A stretch of DNA of 64,000 nt from a virus (lineage: Duplodnaviria; Caudoviricetes). Both the position numbers and the translations under genes were made by a program. The notes under the pieces were generated by a model. That model was not told where the DNA came from, did not search any database, and worked only from the letters and a program-made list of their open reading frames with translations. Position 1 is the stretch's first letter. Every line of letters begins with the position of its first letter. Shown piece after piece: positions 1 through 8,396 of the stretch. The stretch is taken from positions 15,126 to 79,125 of IMG/VR virus record IMGVR_UViG_3300009701_000005; one strand, 5' to 3'.

Positions 1-86
1 TCTTCCTATTTATGAATCTATTTGGCTAGGTACGGAAGGCGAGAAAGTGAAGTAAAATCTTCACACCTTGCCATTTCACCGATAAA

Positions 87-413
87 TTGCGAACTTGTGG
101 TATAAGAGTATTACAAATAAAGCATAGGTTGAAAATGGAAGATAAAACCATAACTGAAGTAATAGGGGCTATTCTCTCTATATTATGTTTAGGGTCAATT
201 GTTTTACTGGTTGTTTTATGTTTACGTTCTTGTGATAAAACTAGACAAGAACCACTTTCAGTATTTGACAAATACCTATTGGAACATAAATGCGAACCTT
301 TTAGTGTAGAACCAACTGGTAATAAAGTTTATTGTGGTAAAAGTTGCATGAGAGATGAACTTAGACATGATTATCTATGTGAAAATGGTAAGCATTTAAT
401 AAAGGTAGATTGA
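87..413 (+). CDS. hypothetical membrane protein
   Basis: ORF with one hydrophobic segment (VIGAILSILCLGSIVLLVVLCL); the true start may be the ATG at 135. Confidence 0.6.
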   Translation: MRTCGIRVLQIKHRLKMEDKTITEVIGAILSILCLGSIVLLVVLCLRSCDKTRQEPLSVFDKYLLEHKCEPFSVEPTGNKVYCGKSCMRDELRHDYLCENGKHLIKVD

Positions 414-541
414 TGAACTTTAAACGTAAGAAATCCAAACGGAATGTCAAATGCACTATTTGTACAAAATTCCGCTGGTTAGGTAATACCAAAGGCAAAC
501 GCCGCATCTCCGATCAACGTAAAATGCAGGAGGCGGAATGA
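413..541 (+). CDS. small basic Cys-containing protein (42 aa, below ORF-track cutoff)
   Basis: MNFKRKKSKRNVKCTICTKFRWLGNTKGKRR...; start and stop overlap both neighbours. Confidence 0.65.
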   Translation: MNFKRKKSKRNVKCTICTKFRWLGNTKGKRRISDQRKMQEAE

Positions 542-708
542 ATATTATTGAACGTCACCCTATAGCGATGAAAAATTTAAGGCATACTATTAAATCACTT
601 GGCCAGTCGACTAAGTTAACTGCTGAGCAATTAAAATGTAGCGGTTTTTCTTTTGAAGCAGCCCATTACTTAGTAACAGGGTATCTTCCCAGGAAATGGA
701 CTACATAA
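538..708 (+). CDS. hypothetical protein (56 aa)
   Basis: ATGA-coupled ORF filling the gap up to the 710 gene. Confidence 0.55.
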   Translation: MNIIERHPIAMKNLRHTIKSLGQSTKLTAEQLKCSGFSFEAAHYLVTGYLPRKWTT

Positions 709-709
709 A

Positions 710-1249
710 ATGGCAGGTAGTCCTAATGTATTCCTTATTTCAGATACTCATTTTAGACACGCAGGATCAGTAAAGTGGTTGGAACCAGATGGTTCTAAGA
801 CTCGTGAATTCGAAACTTCTGACGAGGTAGACGAATTGATGATTAAAAATTGGAATAAAACAGTTAAGCCTGTAGATAAAGTGTATCATCTAGGGGATGT
901 GTCAATGGGTACTAACTCAGCAGTTTCCGAAATTCTTAAACAATTGAACGGCACCAAAGTACTGATTAAAGGCAATCATGATATCGGTAAATTGTCATGG
1001 TATGCTGAACATTTCAAAGATGTGAGGGGTAGTTGGCAATTAGGGGATTATGTATTGACCCACATTCCAGTTCACCCCGGTTCTTTGTTTAGATGGCCTA
1101 AGGGTAATTTACATGGACACTACCACAAAAATCGTGTAAAATTAGAATCTGGTGAAATTGATCCACGCTACATTTGTATGAGCGTAGAGCAAATTAATTA
1201 CACTCCTTATCCATTTGAAGGACTTAAAAACTTAACACCGCGGGTATAG
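710..1249 (+). CDS. calcineurin-like metallophosphoesterase
   Basis: motifs SDTHF, YHLGD, KGNHD, THIP, HGHYH. Confidence 0.9.
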   Translation: MAGSPNVFLISDTHFRHAGSVKWLEPDGSKTREFETSDEVDELMIKNWNKTVKPVDKVYHLGDVSMGTNSAVSEILKQLNGTKVLIKGNHDIGKLSWYAEHFKDVRGSWQLGDYVLTHIPVHPGSLFRWPKGNLHGHYHKNRVKLESGEIDPRYICMSVEQINYTPYPFEGLKNLTPRV

Positions 1250-1312
1250 CACAACTGGTTAGTGCAACTGCCTTCCAAGCAGAAGATATCAGATCATACC
1301 TGATTACTCGCT
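1240..1312 (+). tRNA. tRNA-Gly(TCC) with atypical T-loop
   Basis: acceptor GCGGGTA/TACTCGC, D-arm GCAC..GTGC, anticodon loop containing TCC, T-stem ATCAG/CTGAT with loop ATCATAC instead of TTCGAAT; no encoded CCA. Confidence 0.7.
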
Positions 1313-1333
1313 CTCTCCCTCCAAATTAACAGT

Positions 1334-1364
1334 AACGGCTAAAAGATTAGCCGTTTTTTCTTTT
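1334..1364 (+). terminator. intrinsic terminator
   Basis: AACGGCTAA..TTAGCCGTT followed by a T-run. Confidence 0.8.
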
Positions 1365-1372
1365 AGTGACCT

Positions 1373-1816
1373 ATGAATATTGCAGAAAGAATTGAAGCTT
1401 TCGATAAACTCAAACCTGAACTTAAAAAGGAATTTGAGGAATACGTACGTAATAAAACTATTCCGTTGGATGAACGCTGGAAGGTATATCTAAAATCCGG
1501 TGGTCAATTTAGCCGTACAGAAAGTAGTATATACCACGGATTGGATTTTATCTTCGGAGAGAGTATTGATAGTAATGGCTACGTCCGCAAGCATCTCTGG
1601 CACGAAGACGAACAATACGATAGATACCGAACTTTAAGCATGGTTGACGTGGTGAGTATGTTTAAAGGTCAAATAGCTTACATAGCAGAAGGTAAGATCG
1701 ATAAATATAGTAAGTATTTAACGGAATATCAATGTTTCAAAGAACCAGATATCCTTTATAGAGTTAAAGAACAAATCTTGGAAGATAATATCTGGGCATT
1801 CGTGTTTGATTGGTGA
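1373..1816 (+). CDS. hypothetical protein
   Basis: 147-aa ORF in a tightly packed operon. Confidence 0.75.
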   Translation: MNIAERIEAFDKLKPELKKEFEEYVRNKTIPLDERWKVYLKSGGQFSRTESSIYHGLDFIFGESIDSNGYVRKHLWHEDEQYDRYRTLSMVDVVSMFKGQIAYIAEGKIDKYSKYLTEYQCFKEPDILYRVKEQILEDNIWAFVFDW

Positions 1817-2255
1817 GATAAAAATGGGTGATAATTTAATTTATAAAACCAAATTTGCAATAGGAGACTGGTCCTATGACGATCATGGCCGATCCGACTG
1901 GTTTCTAGTAAGTAGTAATAAAACTGTTGAACAATTACGGGAAGCGCATTTCAAGGCTAAAGAGGTAATAGGTTTTGATCCGGGAGCGATGTGTGGGAGC
2001 TATGAGGAATATAGTCTTTCAAAAGAGCACATTGAAAAGCTAAAGGCGGCAGGAGTATCTTTAGAAATAGATGGGACGCCCGAAGCGCCCTCTACCACTT
2101 ACTTATTAATACTTTGGCTGGAATGCCTACGTGTAGCAGAGCCGGACTTGTTGTACATAATCCACGATGATGATGAGGTTCCTACTATGCATTTTTACGG
2201 GGTGGATGAAAAAGGTAGGTATGTGAATGTTCCAGGGTATGGGCTGTTATCATGA
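1806..2255 (+). CDS. hypothetical protein
   Basis: ORF overlapping its neighbours; the true start may be the ATG at 1824. Confidence 0.75.
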   Translation: MIGEIKMGDNLIYKTKFAIGDWSYDDHGRSDWFLVSSNKTVEQLREAHFKAKEVIGFDPGAMCGSYEEYSLSKEHIEKLKAAGVSLEIDGTPEAPSTTYLLILWLECLRVAEPDLLYIIHDDDEVPTMHFYGVDEKGRYVNVPGYGLLS

Positions 2256-2518
2256 TCGACGTAGCCGGAACAGTTATTCAGGAAGGTGACATAGTTGCCG
2301 TTACTAGAGTAGGATGCCCCGAATTAAGAATGGCAGTAGTAATTGGATTTTCTGCTCAAAAGGTTAGGGTGAGATTAGATCCTCCGTATGACTATTATGA
2401 GAAGAAAAATGAAAAGAATAAGATTGCTACCAAATTTAGTAATCAGGTAGCAGTAGTTGTAATCAAGCATCGGGGTAAATTGACAACAACTGGTAACAAA
2501 AAGGCGAAGCTCAAATGA
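2252..2518 (+). CDS. hypothetical protein (SH3/KOW-like)
   Basis: D..G..I.EGDIVAV pattern typical of small phage beta-barrel proteins. Confidence 0.65.
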   Translation: MIDVAGTVIQEGDIVAVTRVGCPELRMAVVIGFSAQKVRVRLDPPYDYYEKKNEKNKIATKFSNQVAVVVIKHRGKLTTTGNKKAKLK

Positions 2519-2829
2519 GTAAAGCAAAACGTGAACTTCAACTTAAACAAGAAGAAGATCGGCGAGAAAGAGAATCTCAGCATAGAATACATAGAGAACG
2601 GGAACGTTTTCGAAAAGCGTTATATGACACCATGAACGGCTCTGCTCGTCGTGCAGCAATAATGGAGTGGCTAACCAAAGAATATTCCTCCGGTCTAGTA
2701 GTAAATCGCAGATACCACCTGCAAGTCAAAGAGGATAGGGATCTTCAGAGGTTAATTAAAGAAGGTAAATTAAAGTTGACCAGAAATGGCCGACGTTATT
2801 CTAAAATTTCGTATTTAGTAAAGGCATAA
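2515..2829 (+). CDS. hypothetical basic protein
   Basis: ATGA-coupled ORF. Confidence 0.7.
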   Translation: MSKAKRELQLKQEEDRRERESQHRIHRERERFRKALYDTMNGSARRAAIMEWLTKEYSSGLVVNRRYHLQVKEDRDLQRLIKEGKLKLTRNGRRYSKISYLVKA

Positions 2830-2830
2830 A

Positions 2831-3223
2831 ATGATTTCAGCTAATCAACGCAGTGTAAATGTAAACAGGCTCCAACTTTTGGAATGCTTGAAAAAGAACC
2901 TGGAAATCCATAAGAAGGATTACCAAGAAGCTCTCGTAGGATATAAGATCAAGCTAGAAGCCGATTTGGCAGGTGCGCTAAAAAGACTATCTATGTTGAA
3001 GGAGACCGAGTTAGAAGGATTCAATGTATAATTTGATCATCCCGTAAGTTATGAAAATTCATATGTAGACGTAATTGAAATGATGGAAATGTCTGTAGAT
3101 GAAAATATCAATCTCGACAGCCAATCCTTCAAAGCTTTTGTGAAAAACGAATGGGCATGGTCTTATAACTTTGCTAAGACTACAACGCTGTACAAATCTT
3201 TTGCTGCAAGTTCAGCGGGGTAA
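2831..3223 (+). pseudogene. phage protein gene interrupted by an in-frame TAA (3029-3031)
   Basis: the frame continues after the TAA as FDHPVSYENSYVDVIEMMEMSVDENINLDSQSFKAFVKNEWAWS... to TAA 3221-3223. Confidence 0.7.
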
Positions 3224-3236
3224 TTGGAGAAATCAA

Positions 3237-3662
3237 TTGAGCCAGCTTAAATTAGCAGTAGTTGATACTAAATCTACGAGAGTTTCAAGTTATACTGGTA
3301 GAGTTAATACCGGTATTTTCAAATTAGAGATAGATCAAAATACTACTCCTGAAGGTCTTAGAGAAACGATAGAGGAAATTCGTACTACTTCAAATGGGGA
3401 AGCGGAAAAACCTGTCGAGACCAGAGGAACAGAGCAAGGTCCTCATTACGGGCCAAGTTGCAATTTAGGCTGGCCCGATGGAATTCCCGCCCCAGTATTT
3501 CACAGTAATTTCAAATTCCCAGAAAGTGGATCTAAGGAATTGGGGATTATATCTAAAAACTTCGCTCAATACCTTGCCCAAAAAACAGTCGAGAATAGCC
3601 ATTCCTTAGCCAAAACACCAGAGACCGTAGAAAAGGATGAAGAAAATGACAACGAACTTTAA
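3237..3662 (+). CDS. hypothetical protein
   Basis: TTG start after GGAGA; 3' part of track ORF 3171..3662. Confidence 0.6.
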   Translation: MSQLKLAVVDTKSTRVSSYTGRVNTGIFKLEIDQNTTPEGLRETIEEIRTTSNGEAEKPVETRGTEQGPHYGPSCNLGWPDGIPAPVFHSNFKFPESGSKELGIISKNFAQYLAQKTVENSHSLAKTPETVEKDEENDNEL

Positions 3663-3852
3663 ATTAAATGTAACACATATTATGCCGGGAACTCATATCG
3701 AAGTAACTCCTATCGATCCGGTTACGGGGGTGCCTTACCCAGAAACTTACGTGAAAAAGGTTACACAAAAAGGAGTAGCGGAAATTGATTTTATGATTCA
3801 TGACCAGATGGCTTTGGTTATTTCTGAAGTTAAGAATGAACCGACAGCTTAA
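3637..3852 (+). CDS. hypothetical protein
   Basis: ORF preceded by an AAGGA ribosome-binding site. Confidence 0.65.
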   Translation: MKKMTTNFKLNVTHIMPGTHIEVTPIDPVTGVPYPETYVKKVTQKGVAEIDFMIHDQMALVISEVKNEPTA

Positions 3853-3937
3853 TTTGTCATAAACTCCCCCTATATTTGGTATAAGATAATTGAGTTAGAA
3901 GTACTTAACTTTTCTATTAACCAATTAGGGGGATGTC

Positions 3938-4384
3938 ATGAAATACATCAAAGGTGATCTGTTGGCAATGGCTCGCAATGGGGATTTCAATGCTATCGTT
4001 CATGGCTGCAACTGTTTTCATACCATGGGTGGAGGCATTGCCGCGCAAGTCAAGAGGCAATTCCCAGAAGCATATCAAGCAGACCTCAAAACCCGCCTAG
4101 GGGATAAGAGGAAAGTAGGGACGTATTCTCTCGCAAAACTGGATAACGGCGTCGTAATCATCAACGCTTACACTCAGTATGACACGAGTTCAGGCGAAGA
4201 CGTATTCGAATATGAAGGATTTCAAAAGATTCTGAATCAATTGAAAGAGTTGAAAGAGCACGGTATTAAAACCATAGGTTTTCCACTTATCGGTTGTGGT
4301 TTAGCTGGTGGTAACAGGGATCGCATCATGAAAATGATCGAAGATACTCTCGGAGATCGAGCAACAATCGTAGAATTCGGATAA
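3938..4384 (+). CDS. macrodomain (ADP-ribose-processing) protein
   Basis: KGDLL..., IVHGCNCFHTMGGGIA, NAYTQY, FPLIGCGLAGG. Confidence 0.9.
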   Translation: MKYIKGDLLAMARNGDFNAIVHGCNCFHTMGGGIAAQVKRQFPEAYQADLKTRLGDKRKVGTYSLAKLDNGVVIINAYTQYDTSSGEDVFEYEGFQKILNQLKELKEHGIKTIGFPLIGCGLAGGNRDRIMKMIEDTLGDRATIVEFG

Positions 4385-4551
4385 TGGAACCAAAATCGAA
4401 CTGTCCAAACTGTTTGAATAACCCTTCCGGTAACATAACTCCAGAGGGGCTATTTGAAGCTATTAAACATGGGGATCAGGCCCATCAGGATTGGTTGCGT
4501 GAAGCTATACAATCATTCTGGAAGGGTCTCCCTATTCCTAAGCAAACTTAA
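4384..4551 (+). CDS. small hypothetical protein (55 aa)
   Basis: coupled ORF containing LFEAIKHGDQAHQDWLREAI. Confidence 0.65.
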   Translation: MEPKSNCPNCLNNPSGNITPEGLFEAIKHGDQAHQDWLREAIQSFWKGLPIPKQT

Positions 4552-4560
4552 AAGGTAGTT

Positions 4561-4722
4561 ATGGAAATTACTGAACTGCCCTACGAATACATTCCCAAAT
4601 TTGTCGTATCTGTAGATGATGTATTTACAACATTGTGGAATACCTTACCCTGGGAACGCAGGGAAGGGACTCCCCGCATTAGTTTAACTTTTAGAGGGTA
4701 CGCACTGGTACAACCAATTTAA
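4561..4722 (+). pseudogene. alkB: internally deleted AlkB-like 2OG-Fe(II) dioxygenase remnant
   Basis: N-terminal Y.PKFV..D.VF..LW..L.WERREGTPR joined directly to the C-terminal signature RISLTFRGY; the HxD catalytic core is absent. Confidence 0.6.
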
Positions 4723-4734
4723 TGGAGAAATGAA

Positions 4735-5280
4735 TTGGCTAATGCCTTAAAAATTGAAATAACCTTTGGGGAGTTTATAAAATCTGCGAAACCTAAGGAG
4801 GTAAAGGGGATAAAAGATGGAAAGTTGAGATATGATGTTTTATCTGTAAAAGAAGTATTATCTCAACTGGAGACTCAGTATTTAAAATCTCCCAGTAGAC
4901 AGGTGGTAGAAATAGGCGAGGGATACAAGGTAAAATTTAGACTTAAACTCTTGACATTTTTGAAAAAAGGTTGTTTTTGCTATAAATGTAATCTCAAAGG
5001 TGAATATTTTGCTATAGAAAGAGATCAGATACACGCTTTAGATGAACCTAGATATTTTCAATTAAATATGTATAATGGGGACGTTTTATTTACCCATGAC
5101 CACATAAAAGCAAGGTGTTTCGGCGGGGTAGACGATATAGGTAATACTTGCACGATGTGTACTGATTGTAACAGCAAAAAAGCTGAATTTGAAGGCCTAC
5201 ACTTTAATCGGCTCAAATCCCTTGTTAAATATGAAATTGCTTTGGATAAATTAAGAGATAAGTACAAATGCAAACCTTAG
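4735..5280 (+). CDS. HNH endonuclease-domain protein
   Basis: CFCYKC...THDHIKARCFGGVDDIGNTCTMCTDCNSKK. Confidence 0.85.
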   Translation: MANALKIEITFGEFIKSAKPKEVKGIKDGKLRYDVLSVKEVLSQLETQYLKSPSRQVVEIGEGYKVKFRLKLLTFLKKGCFCYKCNLKGEYFAIERDQIHALDEPRYFQLNMYNGDVLFTHDHIKARCFGGVDDIGNTCTMCTDCNSKKAEFEGLHFNRLKSLVKYEIALDKLRDKYKCKP

Positions 5281-5445
5281 ATTCAACATCTTCAGGTATT
5301 TTGGTATAATATATCTGTGGTATGATTTAGGTTAACTTGCAATGTAACAACTTTATATCCCCCTTCTAATCAAAGAGGGATTTTTTTAGCTTGCAAAAAT
5401 TTTTGCATTGCATTAAAATATGTACTCTACCTGGAGATAACATAA

Positions 5446-5985
5446 ATGAGTAGCATAACTGATCTAGCTCAACTGCTACGAAATGATAAGAGAAGCGAAG
5501 ATGACTTACTAAAGGAAGTTCTTCGTGCAGAGCTAGAAATAGAAAAGCAATTACGTAAACGAGATTTGATTTTAGAATTTCTCGTGACAATCGGCGAAAA
5601 AACAATTAAAATAAAAGAACAAGGAGATTTTACAATGTCAAACCAATTACAAGACAATCAAGAAGTAGTTCTAACCGCGACCGTTCTGGATTCAGAAGGT
5701 AAGCCCGCAACTCTAGTTGCTACCCCTGTTTGGACAGGTTCTGATCCAACTGTTGCTACTTTGACTGCCAATGGCCTTACCGCTACCGTAGTTCCAGTCA
5801 GCACTGGTGCTTTTACGGTAACGTTTAGCGTGGATGGCGTTACGGCAACTTTTGAATTGACAGTTACAGGTGGTCCAGCAGCTACTGCAACTATCACTAT
5901 GGGCACTCCAACTGCAATTCCTGCGCCAACCCCGGCCTCGGCTGCTCCCGCAGAACCAACTGAGCCAACTGCTACTTCGAGTTAA
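5446..5985 (+). CDS. Ig-like domain protein with Pro/Thr/Ala-rich tail; probable internal start at 5635
   Basis: Thr/Val-rich beta-sandwich pattern (VWTGSDPTVATLT..GLTATVVP); AAGGAG precedes the in-frame ATG at 5635. Confidence 0.7.
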   Translation: MSSITDLAQLLRNDKRSEDDLLKEVLRAELEIEKQLRKRDLILEFLVTIGEKTIKIKEQGDFTMSNQLQDNQEVVLTATVLDSEGKPATLVATPVWTGSDPTVATLTANGLTATVVPVSTGAFTVTFSVDGVTATFELTVTGGPAATATITMGTPTAIPAPTPASAAPAEPTEPTATSS

Positions 5986-6020
5986 GAATTAATAAATAGC
6001 TTCACAAGAGCTAAAACCGA

Positions 6021-6053
6021 GCCCACAGTAGTCAAAAGCTCTGTGGGTTTTTT
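6021..6053 (+). terminator. intrinsic terminator
   Basis: GCCCACAG..CTGTGGGT followed by a T-run. Confidence 0.75.
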
Positions 6054-6074
6054 AATACCTAAAAATTTGAAACC

Positions 6075-6347
6075 ATGATAGACATATTCAATACTTGCTG
6101 GGAACTTGGCTTTATAATCGTAATGCTGCTGAATATTAAAAGACTATATCTGGATAGAGATGTTAAGGGCGTCAGCGTACCTGGATTAACTTATGGATTA
6201 AGATATGCTATTTTCTGGTGCTACTTCTGCTTTACTTTGCACCAACCCTTTTCTTGTATAGCAGGTATAGTGTATTCAACATTAAATGCTATTTGGATTG
6301 GCATGATGTTTTACTTTAAATATAAATCGAAAACCTCAACTTCCTAG
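6075..6347 (+). CDS. PQ-loop/SemiSWEET-like membrane protein
   Basis: three hydrophobic segments with the pattern NIKRLY.D..VKGVS. Confidence 0.65.
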   Translation: MIDIFNTCWELGFIIVMLLNIKRLYLDRDVKGVSVPGLTYGLRYAIFWCYFCFTLHQPFSCIAGIVYSTLNAIWIGMMFYFKYKSKTSTS

Positions 6348-6411
6348 ATCTCACTCAATTACCCCTCCTAAATTTGGTATAAGACAGATACAATAACTAC
6401 GGGAGTTGTAA

Positions 6412-6723
6412 ATGTCATATGAAACCCAAAGCTCTGGTCTTGCTAAGTATACCTTGCAAAACATAGGGTTAAGAAACGCCATGTGGCCCCACGTCTTTAC
6501 TGAACCTGTTGATAACGAACTGAAAACGCTTAAAGTAGGCGACATAGTAACCCTCAAATTTGACAATGAAAAACTACCAGTTAAGATCACTTCCCTAGAA
6601 AAGCTTGGGAAATTAACTGGTCGGGTTTTAACCCCGTCAACTACTATACTTAATCTTGGCGAAGGCCACGAGGTTGTATTTGTACGCGACAACATCTTAT
6701 CAATATCCGAAAGAACTCTATGA
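6412..6723 (+). CDS. hypothetical protein
   Basis: GGGAG ribosome-binding site; lies downstream of a TGGTATAAG motif. Confidence 0.7.
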   Translation: MSYETQSSGLAKYTLQNIGLRNAMWPHVFTEPVDNELKTLKVGDIVTLKFDNEKLPVKITSLEKLGKLTGRVLTPSTTILNLGEGHEVVFVRDNILSISERTL

Positions 6724-6935
6724 ACGGACCTACGCCTAAAAATCCAAACAAGAATCGCAAACCCGTCAGGGATCTCCCCTGGCATGGAGAAGCTTTGGAG
6801 AATGGGGTCAAGAAGAAAGTTCTTCCAGATGGCAAAGTCGAATATTCTGGACAGGGCATTATCAAAATGCCAGATGGCAGTACTTGGATAGCAACCGGAG
6901 TAGGTGCCCATATAACCTTTGAGGAACAAAAGTAA
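6720..6935 (+). CDS. hypothetical protein
   Basis: ATGA-coupled ORF. Confidence 0.65.
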   Translation: MNGPTPKNPNKNRKPVRDLPWHGEALENGVKKKVLPDGKVEYSGQGIIKMPDGSTWIATGVGAHITFEEQK

Positions 6936-7014
6936 TTTCAATAATTCCAATTCAAATTGGTATAAGGGGAGTGTAATGAAAATTACACTTCTTCTTTAGT
7001 CAACGGGAGTTTTC

Positions 7015-7227
7015 ATGTCTGCGCCAAAAAATAAGAAACAATCTTCGTCTCCTGCACAAGTTGGTCAAACAGGTCAAATCCATAACGTGCTTGTTGGCGG
7101 AAACAGCATCGGTTTGACCCCGGACAGAGCCACTGCCGAATCCTGGGCTCGCAGCAGTATGAGTAATCTTAAGGTTCAAATCCATACTGTAAATCATACT
7201 ATCGATCCAAAGTATTTTCAGGATTGA
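7015..7227 (+). CDS. hypothetical protein
   Basis: GGGAG ribosome-binding site. Confidence 0.65.
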   Translation: MSAPKNKKQSSSPAQVGQTGQIHNVLVGGNSIGLTPDRATAESWARSSMSNLKVQIHTVNHTIDPKYFQD

Positions 7228-7248
7228 TTTTTTTGAGAAAAGCAGATA

Positions 7249-7301
7249 GTGAGGTGGGCCCTAGTTTAAGGGCAGCAATTAAACATACTGACCTCGCCGC
7301 A
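7249..7301 (+). ncRNA. truncated tRNA-like element (acceptor stem and D-arm, no T-arm)
   Basis: GTGAGGT/ACCTCGC 7-bp stem enclosing GCCC-TAGTTTAA-GGGC. Confidence 0.35.
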
Positions 7302-7463
7302 GCATCCTCTAAAAGCCTCTAAACGGGCCTCAGAGGCATTCTCTCCTTACGGCTGGCCTTACCCCCAGCCCAAGTACTATAGAGCCTTCTAGGCCTTCCT
7401 AGAGCGTTCTAAAGGGTAAGAAATTGGCCGTACGACATTCTAGACCTCGTACACTGTGGCCCA

Positions 7464-7533
7464 AAGCAAATAGCATAGTGGTTAATGCATAGGGGAGTGC
7501 CCAAAGACTCAGGTTCGAATCCTGATTTGCTTT
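7464..7533 (+). tRNA. pseudo-tRNA with shortened anticodon arm
   Basis: acceptor AAGCAAA/TTTGCTT, D-arm GCAT-AGTGGTTA-ATGC, canonical T-arm TCAGG-TTCGAAT-CCTGA; anticodon arm about 3 nt short with a 5-nt loop. Confidence 0.65.
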
Positions 7534-7682
7534 GTATGATTATTACAATGAAACCAGTAATTCAGTTGGTAGAAGTGCTGCCGATCCAGAGTCTTCCTCC
7601 TCTCGGTGAAGTGGCTATGTCGCTGGTTCGAGCCCAGCCTGGTTTCCCCCTCCTCTCTCATTTTCTCAACAGGAGTATTAAC

Positions 7683-7871
7683 ATGGCTAACTTTCAAAAC
7701 AAGCATTTCGTTCAAGTCAAAGCGGACAACGGTGAATTCGTTGATTTGTACGGTCCCTATGACAGCAGTGACATTTGCAAACGTAAGCTCCACGAAGTTA
7801 AAGACAAAGTTCATAATGCTGGCGGCAAGAAGTTTGAATTCAAACGCGGCTGGCATGAAGTAGAGGCTTAA
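7683..7871 (+). CDS. hypothetical protein
   Basis: AGGAG ribosome-binding site and ATG at 7683; 3' part of track ORF 7485..7871. Confidence 0.7.
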   Translation: MANFQNKHFVQVKADNGEFVDLYGPYDSSDICKRKLHEVKDKVHNAGGKKFEFKRGWHEVEA

Positions 7872-7872
7872 T

Positions 7873-8148
7873 ATGTCTTTTATCGAAAATAGAATCGATA
7901 CTAGAGAAGGGTTGGATAACGCCCCTTTTCAAGTCGGGGAAAAGATTGAGATAGCAGAAGGAGTGTTCACAGAAGGCTCAATTTTTACCTGTTACGAAAT
8001 TGATGCTTACGGAATGGCGGATGTGAATTACAATTACACTGCATTTCTACAAGAGGAAGACTCTGGGAAATGCATTAGAGTTGTGTTTAACACTTTGAAA
8101 TTCAAACCGGTACAGGAGCCGACTTTATGGGGTTTATTCGGAAGATAA
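7873..8148 (+). CDS. small beta-barrel protein, paralog 1
   Basis: shares K(I/V).(I/L)...G.F..GSI with the next two ORFs. Confidence 0.7.
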   Translation: MSFIENRIDTREGLDNAPFQVGEKIEIAEGVFTEGSIFTCYEIDAYGMADVNYNYTAFLQEEDSGKCIRVVFNTLKFKPVQEPTLWGLFGR

Positions 8149-8396
8149 AACCTATTGATCCAAGAAAGTTGGATCTCAATGATAAGGTGCGTTTGTCTGA
8201 GGATGTGGATACTGATGATGGAACTTTTACTAAAGGTTCTATCATGGTTTGCACGGACATATTCTATTCAAAAAATTCTGATCAAGATAGTCATGCAGTA
8301 TTCAGAGACGTGGAGTCTATAGAGGATTTAATAGTATATTTCTCCAGTATACCCCGTGTTATGACTACTTGCGGTAACGAGGGGGATAAATTTTGA
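8127..8396 (+). CDS. small beta-barrel protein, paralog 2
   Basis: DKVRLSEDVDTDDGTFTKGSIM. Confidence 0.7.
   Translation: MGFIRKIKPIDPRKLDLNDKVRLSEDVDTDDGTFTKGSIMVCTDIFYSKNSDQDSHAVFRDVESIEDLIVYFSSIPRVMTTCGNEGDKF

Noticed and set aside
6351-6950. Long antisense ORFs in the track (for example 6351..6950 -, 57914..58576 -, 27980..28429 -, 10945..11265 -)
   Set aside because: They lie opposite better-supported genes that have RBSs and family motifs, so they are treated as shadow ORFs.
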